From the IMG/VR virus record IMGVR_UViG_3300027708_000013: DNA of 64,000 nucleotides. One strand, 5' to 3'. The DNA comes from a virus. Taxonomy: Duplodnaviria > Caudoviricetes. Positions 18,319-28,129 of the stretch are shown here, one piece after another. The notes below the pieces were generated by a model, which did no database searches, had not been told where the DNA came from, and saw only the letters and a list, made by a program, of their open reading frames with translations. Positions within the stretch are counted from its first letter, which is position 1. The number at the start of each line of letters is the position of its first letter. Position numbers and translations under genes: made by a program.

Positions 18319-20757
18319 TTATGCAATCAGAGCTTGTGCTAGAATGATGCGTTGTATGTCGGTTGCTGTTTGACTGACACCAAATGGCACAGTAAATTTA
18401 GCTGTGACAGCGGCATTTCCAGCTGAAACATTACCGGTATATGTGGGTAAAAACTGTGCAACTTGAGTGTTACCATAACTGCCGGCACCAACTGTTGATA
18501 AAATATTGACACCATTGGCAAACAGGTAGTTGGGTGCAACAACATTGCCTGACACAGTGGCATTGCCACCAACTGCATTCAACGTCAGTAATGTGGTGTC
18601 AAAGTATGTGTTTCGTGTTCCGTAAATGGCCAAGTTGTTGACATCAACTGCTGCTATTTTGTACAGAGTATTACTGGCACCTGAGTAGGTTAAAACAACA
18701 GGACCTTGGGTGGTTATGGTTCCATCACTTTGTACAGCAGGTGCTTGCAACACGCCACCGGTGGTTAAATTGGCTGTGTATGCCCCACTGGCCAATGTAC
18801 TGAATGACAGCGGTGCTCCATTGGCAAAGCGATAATTATTGGTAATGACATTGCCAGCAGTGACGTTGCCCGAGTACCCAGACAAATAAGCAGCCACATT
18901 GCCATTGCCATAACTGTTGCTAGTAGTGACAAATGTAGTGTTGGCATAGGTGTAAAAGCTACCCACGTTGGCACTGAGTGACTGTATTGAGCTGTTGGCG
19001 CCGGTGATCTGACCTTGTAATCCCGCCACATTGGCATTGGCATAAGTGTAGTATGATCCAATGTTGGCACTGAGTGACTGTATTGAGCTGTTGGCACCAA
19101 CAATCTGACCTTGTAATCCCGCCACATTGGCATTGGCATAAGTGTAGTAACTGCCAATATTGGCACTTGTTGCTTGTATCAACCCCTGCTGCGTGGCTGC
19201 ATTGGCCTGCCATGCTATATTGGCACCGATAATTTGACCTTGTAAACCTGCCACATTGGCATTGGCATAGATGTAGTAACTGCCTATATTGGCATTGAGT
19301 GATTGTATTGCGGCATTGGCCCCAGTGACATTGTTATTGGCATAGGTATTGGCTGCAATAATCTTAAGATCTAAATTAACTAGTTCGGTGGCCTGAGCTC
19401 CAGCATTGGCAGTCCACGCTGTGGTCACTGTCGTGATTTGTGTGTCAACATAGCCCTTCATTGCTGTGTTGGCTGTGACAATTTGATTTGCTAAACTGCT
19501 TACATTGGCAAGTAAGTCAACTCCCTGTACCACAACTGTGTTGGCCACTGTGACTGTGCCAGAAACACCCACACCACCAGCCACTGTCAAAGCGCCTGAT
19601 GTGGCACTGGTGCTGGCAGTGTTAGATTGAATCTGAACCACATTGCCAGCAGTAATTCTCATTACTTCACGGGACGCAGTGGCAAATACAATGTCAGTGA
19701 ATGTTGTTGTAACTAATACTAAATTTCCACTACCAGTTACCGAATTTCCGGACACGTTGATAAAAGCATCATTCCGACCAAGAAGACTATAGCCAGGATA
19801 GCTAAAATTACTGCTGCCAATGCCCATGGCAATATAGGTATCCAACAGACTTCCGTTGTTGGGGAGAATACTAAGTACACTGCTGGCCTGGCTACCGGAA
19901 TTGATATTTTGCATGGTCATTCCGCTGTACCCATTGAAGTTGGTGGCCACTTGGAATGCCATTTGTGGTTCATTGAGATATCCTGTACCTATGCCAGCAT
20001 ACAAGGCACCAAATCCGCTGGCATTGCCAAAGAACTGTCCCGAATTTCCTGTAACTGTTTGATTGGTTACATTACCGATAAAATTAATATTTCCGGTTAC
20101 TGTTAAGTTACCGTTGATTGTGGCGTCACCGGCTGTGGCCAATGAGTTGAGTACACCAAGTTGATTGATATTGGGTTGAGTGGCTGTGGTGATGGTACCT
20201 GAAATTGATCCCGCATAACTAGGCAGGTATGTTGCTACATTGGCGTTACTGTAGACTTGAGTCTGTAAGGTGGCGATGGCTGAGTTGGATGCTAGTATGC
20301 TGTTGTTGATACTGGTCAATATGTTGACGCCGTTGGCATAGAGATGGCGATTTGCGAGCACATTACCGGCAGTGATGTTGCCTGAATAAGTAGGCAAGTA
20401 ACTGGCTACATCAACATTGCTGTAGTTACTGCTGACAAATGGAGCACCATTGGCATAAAAATAATTGTTGGTAAAAATATTACCTGTACGTGTGTTCCCG
20501 GCAGTGATGTTGCCCGAATATGTGGGCAAGTATGCCGCCACGTTGGCATTGCCGTAAGTACTGCCACCGACTATTGCGTTGGCCTGTGCTGCTGTGGCCA
20601 TCAAGCGTCCACCAGGAGTTACACCATCCTGCAGTCGCAATGTGCCTAATCCGGTGTCCAGTACCGCTTCGCCTAAAGGTCCTATATAGGTTTGGGCAAG
20701 AGCAGTATTACCACGTTTGAATAGTACTTGGGTTACTTGTACATTGGCAACAGTCAT
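18319..20757 (-). CDS. Tail fibre protein with Mtd_N-like anchor and coiled-coil repeats
   Basis: FKRGN...GEAVLDTGLGTLRLQDGVTPGG anchor; recurring YSNANVAxYLPTY and ANIGSYYxYANANVAGLQGQI repeats. Confidence 0.75.
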   Translation of the reverse strand: MTVANVQVTQVLFKRGNTALAQTYIGPLGEAVLDTGLGTLRLQDGVTPGGRLMATAAQANAIVGGSTYGNANVAAYLPTYSGNITAGNTRTGNIFTNNYFYANGAPFVSSNYSNVDVASYLPTYSGNITAGNVLANRHLYANGVNILTSINNSILASNSAIATLQTQVYSNANVATYLPSYAGSISGTITTATQPNINQLGVLNSLATAGDATINGNLTVTGNINFIGNVTNQTVTGNSGQFFGNASGFGALYAGIGTGYLNEPQMAFQVATNFNGYSGMTMQNINSGSQASSVLSILPNNGSLLDTYIAMGIGSSNFSYPGYSLLGRNDAFINVSGNSVTGSGNLVLVTTTFTDIVFATASREVMRITAGNVVQIQSNTASTSATSGALTVAGGVGVSGTVTVANTVVVQGVDLLANVSSLANQIVTANTAMKGYVDTQITTVTTAWTANAGAQATELVNLDLKIIAANTYANNNVTGANAAIQSLNANIGSYYIYANANVAGLQGQIIGANIAWQANAATQQGLIQATSANIGSYYTYANANVAGLQGQIVGANSSIQSLSANIGSYYTYANANVAGLQGQITGANSSIQSLSANVGSFYTYANTTFVTTSNSYGNGNVAAYLSGYSGNVTAGNVITNNYRFANGAPLSFSTLASGAYTANLTTGGVLQAPAVQSDGTITTQGPVVLTYSGASNTLYKIAAVDVNNLAIYGTRNTYFDTTLLTLNAVGGNATVSGNVVAPNYLFANGVNILSTVGAGSYGNTQVAQFLPTYTGNVSAGNAAVTAKFTVPFGVSQTATDIQRIILAQALIA
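18960..19300 (-). repeat. Tandem coding repeats in the tail fibre (SANIGSYYTYANANVAGLQGQIxGAN)
   Basis: Near-identical DNA copies of gaccttgtaatcccgccacattggcattggcataag. Confidence 0.85.
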
Positions 20758-21251
20758 TAGATGTATCCACCATCAACCACACTTTGATCAATGCCCGGAG
20801 CAGGTTGTGTGTTGCTCCAATAAGCTGGCATTATTTGTAAATCTAAAGGAACTCCGTAATTGTCATCCACGTACAGTGGCAGTTCGGAGTTGTCTGACGT
20901 CTTGGTAACCTTAAAAGTCAACTTGTAAAATCTCTGTTCCAAGTCATCAATTACCACCTTGGTAAACGTAAATGTTCCTTGGCCCTTGGTTATGTCACTG
21001 AAAGTCACAGGGTAAGTTGTAACTGTTAACTGATTAACAGGGTCTTGTATTTGTGCTTCCACAGTGTATCCAGTTAGATTCACTGCTTTTTGATCTTGGT
21101 TTTTAATTACAATCTGCACTGGGTTATCTATACCTTGATAGACTTTAACGGCTCTTGAGTACACTCGGCGATTCCTTGTAGTAAATATAGTGGGGTCGAA
21201 AATCTGGACCTCCACCACGATAGAATATAAATATGTTTTGATAGTGATCAT
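20757..21251 (-). CDS. Conserved structural protein (BppU-like Ig fold possible)
   Basis: VYQGIDNPVQIVIKNQDQKAVNLTG motif. Confidence 0.5.
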   Translation of the reverse strand: MITIKTYLYSIVVEVQIFDPTIFTTRNRRVYSRAVKVYQGIDNPVQIVIKNQDQKAVNLTGYTVEAQIQDPVNQLTVTTYPVTFSDITKGQGTFTFTKVVIDDLEQRFYKLTFKVTKTSDNSELPLYVDDNYGVPLDLQIMPAYWSNTQPAPGIDQSVVDGGYI

Positions 21252-21286
21252 TCATGATTGCCTTTATAACATATTTAGCGAGAAAC

Positions 21287-21658
21287 GTGGAAGAAATTAA
21301 ACAACTACTAGATCAGTACCCTTATCTTACCCTACTGACCTATGGTGGTGTTGAATATGTAGGCATTGTGCAAAACAGTGATGAACAGATCACTACAATC
21401 TATGATTTTTCAGCACTGAAAACCACAGAACAAAAAGTAAAATTCCTAGAATTGGGAGATGTTTGGTGGTGGGAAAGCAACAGAATTATTCCCATCAATG
21501 TGTTTTTAAAACAGGATTGGACAGAGTTTAAAGCAGTGGTAAAAACAATGAACAGCAAAGATGTTGTGATACAAATTGGACCGCAGGTGAGTTTAAAAGA
21601 AATGAGCCAACGTCGCAGCAAACGCCGATCAATTACCCTAGTCAGGCGTGTTGGCTAG
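21287..21658 (+). CDS. Conserved phage hypothetical protein (likely GTG start at 21287)
   Basis: LLDQYPYLTLLTYGGVEYVGIVQN...WWWESNRIIPI. Confidence 0.65.
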   Translation: MEEIKQLLDQYPYLTLLTYGGVEYVGIVQNSDEQITTIYDFSALKTTEQKVKFLELGDVWWWESNRIIPINVFLKQDWTEFKAVVKTMNSKDVVIQIGPQVSLKEMSQRRSKRRSITLVRRVG

Positions 21659-22219
21659 CAAGTTCATATGTACCACGACTAAATGGCTGTAAGCACACGA
21701 GTGAGCTTTTTTAAACGCATACTCGCCATCCGCAGATTTTTCCCAAATAGTTGTTGCAACTTCGCGCCAAGGTAATCCTATTAAATGTCGCTTGGCCGGA
21801 CGTATTATGGCCATAAACATCATCAATCTTGGTATACTATCAACTGCTTCGGGCATTTTGATTAGTGTTTCGTAGTGGTTACCAATGTGTATAAGTTGAC
21901 TACAAAACTCTGGATCGTATAATCTACTCCAGTCGGGCTCTTGTGACATCAACTGTTGTAAGTGAGCTTCATCTTTTATCTGCGTATATAATGACACGTT
22001 GAGAAAGTCCAGTTTGACATAACCCAATTCTTCTGCAGATTTGTAATCAAGACTGGCAGTGCCGGTAAACGGATCGGTGGGAATTGCAGTCACATATACA
22101 CCTGTGTTGTGACGTATCAATCCACCATCACGAACTATACCCGCAGGGTGATGCTCCAGCACTGCCAGTGCCCGAGATCTATCGGGGAAATCTATGTCAA
22201 TGTCTGAACGAAATTTCAT
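21638..22219 (-). CDS. Truncated DnaE (Pol III alpha)-like catalytic-core protein, about 193 aa
   Basis: SDIDIDF, HNTGVYV, GYVKLDFL, FKKAHSCAY motifs. Confidence 0.75.
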   Translation of the reverse strand: MKFRSDIDIDFPDRSRALAVLEHHPAGIVRDGGLIRHNTGVYVTAIPTDPFTGTASLDYKSAEELGYVKLDFLNVSLYTQIKDEAHLQQLMSQEPDWSRLYDPEFCSQLIHIGNHYETLIKMPEAVDSIPRLMMFMAIIRPAKRHLIGLPWREVATTIWEKSADGEYAFKKAHSCAYSHLVVVHMNLLANTPD

Positions 22220-22911
22220 AGTCCTGCCTTGGCCAATATGTCTCGAACCCACTCGACATCGGCCAAGTATTCTCGAAACCGCCGTTGCCACGAGTCGGGG
22301 TCGATCATGGGCAAGATCATACCTATCTGTTCTTCAGTGACACTGTCAAGAAATTCCACACCCGTTGCACAATTAAACACCACCCAAGGACTAATCCTAC
22401 CGGTGCTAATATGGAAACAAATCCTATTACTGTTGCCATAACGAAAATAGTCCCCAAAACCTCCCTTAAGATCTGTATTGCTTTCTGCATATGATTCCAT
22501 TTCTCGTAATGCTCGTTCCAATGCGTCCGACACTGCTTCTCTTTTGACATAGTCCGGTAACCATTCTGTGTATAACCCATCACTGCACCAATGATCTATC
22601 TTTTTGTTATTTTTCAACAGCCAATCTAAATAGTTGACAAAGTTGATGCAACGTATGTCCTGACAATATCTACCAAATTTAACAAAGGCGTTGTAGTAAG
22701 GACTGGCAACAAAGTCTGCATAACTTTTTAGTCGTGCTGATCCTTGTGTGGTTTCATAAAAACGCAAGTATGCCCGGAGTCCCAACTGCACACCTGTTTC
22801 ACTTTCCTGTTGCCAGCGACGCTTTGGCTCACACAGGTGAACACTGAGTGTGCTGAGTTTTAAAAAACTCTTGTCACAGTACTTACAGGTATTCTTTGAT
22901 TCGTCGGTCAT
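22216..22911 (-). CDS. Conserved protein with an N-terminal C2H2-type Zn finger
   Basis: CKYCDKSFLKLSTLSVHLC. Confidence 0.65.
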   Translation of the reverse strand: MTDESKNTCKYCDKSFLKLSTLSVHLCEPKRRWQQESETGVQLGLRAYLRFYETTQGSARLKSYADFVASPYYNAFVKFGRYCQDIRCINFVNYLDWLLKNNKKIDHWCSDGLYTEWLPDYVKREAVSDALERALREMESYAESNTDLKGGFGDYFRYGNSNRICFHISTGRISPWVVFNCATGVEFLDSVTEEQIGMILPMIDPDSWQRRFREYLADVEWVRDILAKAGL

Positions 22912-23356
22912 CCCATCCTTGAGATTTTAAATGTTGTTTAAGATCGTCTTTACTATTCAACCGGGCCAATAATGCAATTTCGTCGTCACGCAGATCAGGG
23001 TACAATTCACGCAGTAGTTTTTCTACTTTGTTGTTACTAGTGTCTTTTTTCTTGGGCGAAATCCACTGGTGAAACTGTCGTCCCATGCCGGGACTCACAG
23101 TGGTGGCCAACAACCACTGTAGTTTTTTATGCTGTGTGGTGTTGATGTCAAAGAAGTTGCGATTGAGTCGTTCGTTGCAACTGATCAAGTAGTAGGCTTG
23201 TAATTCTGCCGAGCCCGACACAGTGGCACCATAGCGTATCATGAGAAATGGTGAGAACTTTTTACGTTCCTCTTCTGTGAGATCATCATAGAAGTCACGG
23301 TTCTTTGAATCAAACTGTGCCATTTCATTTGCGATTGATAGTTTATCTGTTGTCAT
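22883..23356 (-). CDS. Clamp-loader small subunit-like (T4 gp62-like)
   Basis: EERKKFSPFLMIRY...NERLN...HKKLQWLL pattern; replication context. Confidence 0.55.
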   Translation of the reverse strand: MTTDKLSIANEMAQFDSKNRDFYDDLTEEERKKFSPFLMIRYGATVSGSAELQAYYLISCNERLNRNFFDINTTQHKKLQWLLATTVSPGMGRQFHQWISPKKKDTSNNKVEKLLRELYPDLRDDEIALLARLNSKDDLKQHLKSQGWDDRRIKEYL

Positions 23357-23576
23357 ATTTTAATTTATAGTACATTATAGCAGGCTCTAGTAATTCTTGC
23401 AAGCCGGCATCCGTTTGAGCTGTTCTTCTGATATTGATCCACAGTTGATCCTCACGCATTTGTTCTAAGTGATCTGCATGCCGGGATGAAACATGATGCA
23501 GTTGTCTATCCGTTTCACCCATGTTTCTAACATACACAGTTTCACCCGAATCTGGGCTTTCGTATATCTTGGTCAT
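23343..23576 (-). CDS. Hypothetical protein
   Basis: IYESPDSGETVYVR motif. Confidence 0.65.
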   Translation of the reverse strand: MTKIYESPDSGETVYVRNMGETDRQLHHVSSRHADHLEQMREDQLWINIRRTAQTDAGLQELLEPAIMYYKLKYDNR

Positions 23577-23579
23577 GGT

Positions 23580-24083
23580 TTACCAAACTAAACTGTAGTT
23601 GACCACTTCACTTTGACGACTGATGTCTTTGACAAAGTAAGCACACATGGGCCCGTCAACACCGTTTTCCAGGGGCACTGCCAACAGTTGTCCAGGCTTG
23701 AGTTTGGGAAAATACCATTTGACATCTTGATAAATGTCTACAATTTCCACCGGATAAAAGTCCGGACGGAAACTGGTCTTGGGATTGAATGCAAAGGCCG
23801 AGAATCCCCTATCGTTGATACTTGTCAGGGGTACCACTTCTAAATCGCCCATGTCTTTTTCGCCAATCAACAGTTGCCAATCCACTGGCATACGAATGGT
23901 GTGTTCACCAATCTTCAACACCAGGGCTGGACTGTTGAAGCTTTCCATAAAGATCAAGGGAATATAAAAGTAGTCTGGATCCTTGGGATTACTGTTGTCC
24001 AGCACACAGAAATTGAGTTCGTCAATCTCGTCGGGTATTTCATCTAAGGGATAACTTCTATTTTCTAAAGTCAAAATTCTCAT
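23580..24083 (-). CDS. Conserved phage hypothetical protein
   Basis: ORF track; coupled to uvsW. Confidence 0.7.
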   Translation of the reverse strand: MRILTLENRSYPLDEIPDEIDELNFCVLDNSNPKDPDYFYIPLIFMESFNSPALVLKIGEHTIRMPVDWQLLIGEKDMGDLEVVPLTSINDRGFSAFAFNPKTSFRPDFYPVEIVDIYQDVKWYFPKLKPGQLLAVPLENGVDGPMCAYFVKDISRQSEVVNYSLVW

Positions 24084-25537
24084 TGCCAGTCTGCTTTCTC
24101 TATTGTGTAGGGGTATTGAGCTTCCGTATAAAATTTCTTACGTGCGGTTAAATGTCTTTTTGCGAATTTACAGGTGCTGGTGATGTCCCAGATTTGCACA
24201 TGATCTTTGTCTTCGGCTTTTCTGATGCCACGCCCGATGCTTTGTATGACTCGAACAAAACTTTTGCCCGGCTCAAGTAACACAAGATTAAATATCCTAG
24301 GGATATTAATACCCACAGCAGCAACACCATAGGTAGCAATGATAATTTTATCACTACTGACGGCAACTTCATCGTATTCATCTTTTCTCTCCTGAGCCTT
24401 GGTTGATCCCGATACAAACACAGCACGTTCGCCTAAGCGTTCCAACAACAGCTTTCCTGTGGCAATTCTATCTACCAAGATAAGTGTGTTGCCAGTTTCG
24501 TTTACACTGTTTATCAACTGTGCCAGGTAATCAAGTCTACCTGCTGTTTCGGTCAAGTATTTAAGCTCGCTTTGGTAGTTGGTATATTCAACGTGGTCTA
24601 TCAACTGTACTATATTTACGTGACAACGGGCCAGGTGGCCCGCTTCTTGAAGTTCCGACGCACTTAATCGACCCACTACTGAGCCTAGACTACAAAAGAT
24701 ACTGGTCTTTTCGTAATCTTCTCGGGGCACGGTACCAGTGAGTCCCCAGCGTATGGGCACATGGGCAAACACTCCGGTCAGCAAAGTCTTTAGTGCATCG
24801 GCCTTGGCCATATGTACTTCATCCACCATGACCAACACCACACCTTCAATAAACTCGCCAATGGTGACCTCGGCCTCTGCCGACTTGGTGTTCTTTAATA
24901 GGATGTTTAGGCTTTGCCAAGTGCAAATGGTGTGTGTTCGACCAAATTCTTTTCTATCGCCAAAGTACACTCCCACATCTAGTCCTAGATTTTTGTAGTC
25001 GTCTTCGGTCTGTGTCACTAGACTTTTGTTGGGCACAATGACAATGGATCTGCCATACTGTTCCACACTGCGACTCAAGGCCGCGGTCATAATAGTTTTG
25101 CCAGCACCAGTGGCTATTTCTTGTATACTCTGTGGATTACTTAAAAAGTTATTGATAATTTCCACTTGATAGTCGCGAAACACTATGGGTTCGCCGGCTC
25201 GGGGATGGCCTGCGGGCCATGTTTGATCGCTGAAACTATCTTCTCGAAATTCTGCAAACTCAAACTGTGTGCGGTAGTCACGAACATCCTCCAACTCAAC
25301 ATCGTATCCTTGGGATTCCAGGATGGGCAGGATATCCGGCAACAGGTTTACATAACTGGTGCCACTGAGTTGAAAGAACGCAACCTTGCCGTCCCATCTG
25401 CCCAATCTCACTGCGGGTTGATATCTGGCACCGGGTATTTCAAATTTGAACCGATCCACTAGCTTTTTACGTGTGGCCAAATCAAGACCTTCAATCTTGA
25501 TGTTGACTTCATCACGTATTACTAATTTAGCTTTCAA
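24080..25537 (-). CDS. uvsW: SF2 DNA helicase UvsW-like
   Basis: RDYQ, ATGAGKT, VDEVH, GLTGT, QSIGRGIR. Confidence 0.9.
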   Translation of the reverse strand: MKAKLVIRDEVNIKIEGLDLATRKKLVDRFKFEIPGARYQPAVRLGRWDGKVAFFQLSGTSYVNLLPDILPILESQGYDVELEDVRDYRTQFEFAEFREDSFSDQTWPAGHPRAGEPIVFRDYQVEIINNFLSNPQSIQEIATGAGKTIMTAALSRSVEQYGRSIVIVPNKSLVTQTEDDYKNLGLDVGVYFGDRKEFGRTHTICTWQSLNILLKNTKSAEAEVTIGEFIEGVVLVMVDEVHMAKADALKTLLTGVFAHVPIRWGLTGTVPREDYEKTSIFCSLGSVVGRLSASELQEAGHLARCHVNIVQLIDHVEYTNYQSELKYLTETAGRLDYLAQLINSVNETGNTLILVDRIATGKLLLERLGERAVFVSGSTKAQERKDEYDEVAVSSDKIIIATYGVAAVGINIPRIFNLVLLEPGKSFVRVIQSIGRGIRKAEDKDHVQIWDITSTCKFAKRHLTARKKFYTEAQYPYTIEKADWQ

Positions 25538-26390
25538 AATATACTTTGGTTATAGATTGTCGTTGTGCAATTTCTTTTAACAATTCATCTCTAGGCCGAG
25601 TTTCAATTAATTCTGCTACAGGAAACCTCAACGGTAACAGTCGAGGATCTTCAAATTTAGCAAATCCCTGACTGTTAAAGAACTCTTTATTCTTTATATA
25701 GTATTGTAACATATTCTCCAAGGTGCTATCAACCTGAGTTTTAAAAAACCTAACTGCAAAATCTGCACTGTAAACTCCAAATGGTCGAAATGCCTCCTGG
25801 CTGATGTATTGATCTTTATCAAGGGCAAGGTCTTCTAGGGTTTTACCTATCTCACAATAGTTTAAGCACACAGAGCCAAATCCAGGATCAAGTGTTCCGT
25901 ATTCCTCCATCAAATCGGGATCAAGTACATGAACTTTGGGTAGTCCGTACCAAGTACACACAAAACGTGGTTGGTTACCTCTGGCTACTGATTCGCAACG
26001 GTGTACATTGATATTTAAATCAGCCATGGCTTGTTTAACTGTTGCAGGTGCAGTGTTCCAAAATTTGTTTGATTGCTGATCTAGCAAACCATGATATTGT
26101 TCAAAAATACTGTGTAGATAATTAAGCGTATCTTGATCCTGCACACTGGATATCGTTCGGGTAATAATATTATTGTGACTGTTGATGGTGTCGATACTGG
26201 CCTGTATCATTGCCACAGCACGAGATTCTTCTTGTGCCACACTGTTGAATCCATAAAACCTGTCAGGATGGTCCAATGGATACGGCTCTCTGGCCATCAT
26301 ACGTTCCAGCCACTGAGTGGCTATGGGTGTGCGTAACACTTTAAATCGCAATGCAAATTGGTCTGAGCCTAGTTCAATACACAATATCAC
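25527..26390 (-). CDS. Hypothetical protein
   Basis: ORF track. Confidence 0.65.
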   Translation of the reverse strand: MILCIELGSDQFALRFKVLRTPIATQWLERMMAREPYPLDHPDRFYGFNSVAQEESRAVAMIQASIDTINSHNNIITRTISSVQDQDTLNYLHSIFEQYHGLLDQQSNKFWNTAPATVKQAMADLNINVHRCESVARGNQPRFVCTWYGLPKVHVLDPDLMEEYGTLDPGFGSVCLNYCEIGKTLEDLALDKDQYISQEAFRPFGVYSADFAVRFFKTQVDSTLENMLQYYIKNKEFFNSQGFAKFEDPRLLPLRFPVAELIETRPRDELLKEIAQRQSITKVYFES

Positions 26391-27523
26391 AATCGTTTTA
26401 CCTTAGTGTTGTTCTTCTTATTGTACACTTCTTGTGCCACATACACAACCTTTTCGGCCTGTTGTAACATGTGTTGCCTGTCTCCTCCAAACACCATGCC
26501 AACACTGCTGATCAACAATCCAATGGGCCGATCCACAAGTGGTTGCTGTGTATGTATATACTGTTGCATTTTAAAAACTTCATCGGTGCCAACTCGTCTT
26601 TGTAACTGTTTCAACATGCGATAGGAACTGTTGGGCTCGTAGATCACCACAGGGTAACGATTCACAGCTTCAGCATAATCCAACACAGTGTCAAAGTCAA
26701 CATTGTTGGCAAATGTAGCGGGATCAAGTCTGAGTTCTCTATGCACCAATAAATTATAAAATTTGGCACCACGTGTGGCCATGATGGATTCGGCAATGGC
26801 TGGCTCCACAGTGTAGCCCAACACACCACTCATGTCCACCAGGTACAGCAGGCGATCCAGGCCAAACCCACCGTGAGAGTTGATGTATTCTCGCAGGCTG
26901 TCTGGTGAGTTGCGTATGTCAAGTTGATCCCCGTTGATATACAGTTCTATAGCATAGGGCTGTGATTCAACCTGATGAATTTGATCCATGAGACTGTGAA
27001 CAGCTGAGTCGATTTCAAATCGGTTTTTATTGGCCCAAGTGGTTAGCCAACTTACGTTGTATTCTGTCACTGCCGCAGTCCATACTCGGTGATTTTGATC
27101 CCATCTTACCTCACCTTGACTGGTTTTGGAAAAGTCTCTTATGTCGCCGATGTGGTCATTGTTGAATGGAAACCGTATCAACAATCTATCTCCGTCGCGG
27201 GTCAAAGAACAAGTGTAGTCCAGTTGACGCAAGGGCTGTCTCCATACAGGTTGACGCACAGGTTCAACATCAATACCTTGTGCCTGCAACTGTCGTTGGT
27301 ATTTGAGTACAATCTTGACCAGCAGGTCGGCCTGGCGTAGGGTCAAGGACTGTGATACAGAAACTGAAGTGGCCATGCTTTCCAGTACACCAACATCGTA
27401 TCTGGCCAAGCTGATTATGGGTTTGATGTCGGCCAACCATGGATTAAGCAGTTGTCCAGACACAGGATCTCTGTGTCCCACTATCACTTCTAAATAATCT
27501 TCCACATGAGTAAATTGTCGCAT
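26387..27523 (-). CDS. Hypothetical protein
   Basis: ORF track. Confidence 0.7.
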   Translation of the reverse strand: MRQFTHVEDYLEVIVGHRDPVSGQLLNPWLADIKPIISLARYDVGVLESMATSVSVSQSLTLRQADLLVKIVLKYQRQLQAQGIDVEPVRQPVWRQPLRQLDYTCSLTRDGDRLLIRFPFNNDHIGDIRDFSKTSQGEVRWDQNHRVWTAAVTEYNVSWLTTWANKNRFEIDSAVHSLMDQIHQVESQPYAIELYINGDQLDIRNSPDSLREYINSHGGFGLDRLLYLVDMSGVLGYTVEPAIAESIMATRGAKFYNLLVHRELRLDPATFANNVDFDTVLDYAEAVNRYPVVIYEPNSSYRMLKQLQRRVGTDEVFKMQQYIHTQQPLVDRPIGLLISSVGMVFGGDRQHMLQQAEKVVYVAQEVYNKKNNTKVKRL

Positions 27524-27550
27524 AATGTATTATAACACAGTTGGTTGGGT

Positions 27551-27578
27551 AAAAAAAGCCCTGCGGTTAAGCAGGGCT
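27551..27578 (-). terminator. Intrinsic terminator
   Basis: GCCCTGC-N6-GCAGGGC followed by U7 on the minus strand. Confidence 0.8.
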
Positions 27579-27626
27579 ATAAAACTGTGATTCAGGAGCT
27601 AGAGAGAATCACAGGAAAAACAACAT

Positions 27627-28127
27627 TTATTCGTTTTCTTTCTTACGTCGAGCAGGGCAAGTAAAACCAGTATCAGCCAATGCCTGTCTTACTTCATCAT
27701 CGTTGCACAGTAATGCAATGGCACCAGCCTTCATACCAAAATTCCAAAGTTCACGGGCCAGTTTCAATCGTTTACAGTTGTCATCGACAAATGTAGTACC
27801 ACCACCAAAACCTAATCCGGCAATATTAAAACTGCCCGAAGTTGACCCCATACAAGTATCAAGACCTGACGTTAAGTTGGGACCATTAACTGATGGTACA
27901 TTTTTTACAGTGTAACTGCCGTTGTAAGTAACATCACTACTGCCGCCGCCACTGCCACCAATATTAATGCTTTGTGTATTGCCAATGCCTGTTGCATTGG
28001 GATTGGCAATACTTGTGGCACCTGCATTGGTTGAATTCGCACCAGCACCCACATCCATGTTTGTAGTTTGTGCATGAGCAAGGTTACTGACAATGACTAA
28101 TGCAATTAAGCCGTGGTGTAGTTTCAT
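27627..28127 (-). CDS. Signal-peptide protein with Cys-containing C-terminal domain
   Basis: MKLHHGLIALVIVSNLAHA signal; four Cys in the C-terminal half. Confidence 0.65.
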   Translation of the reverse strand: MKLHHGLIALVIVSNLAHAQTTNMDVGAGANSTNAGATSIANPNATGIGNTQSINIGGSGGGSSDVTYNGSYTVKNVPSVNGPNLTSGLDTCMGSTSGSFNIAGLGFGGGTTFVDDNCKRLKLARELWNFGMKAGAIALLCNDDEVRQALADTGFTCPARRKKENE

Positions 28128-28129
28128 AG

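Noticed and set aside
410-20757. Diversity-generating retroelement suggested by Mtd_N-like domains
   Set aside because: No reverse transcriptase and no template/variable repeat pair differing at adenines was seen.
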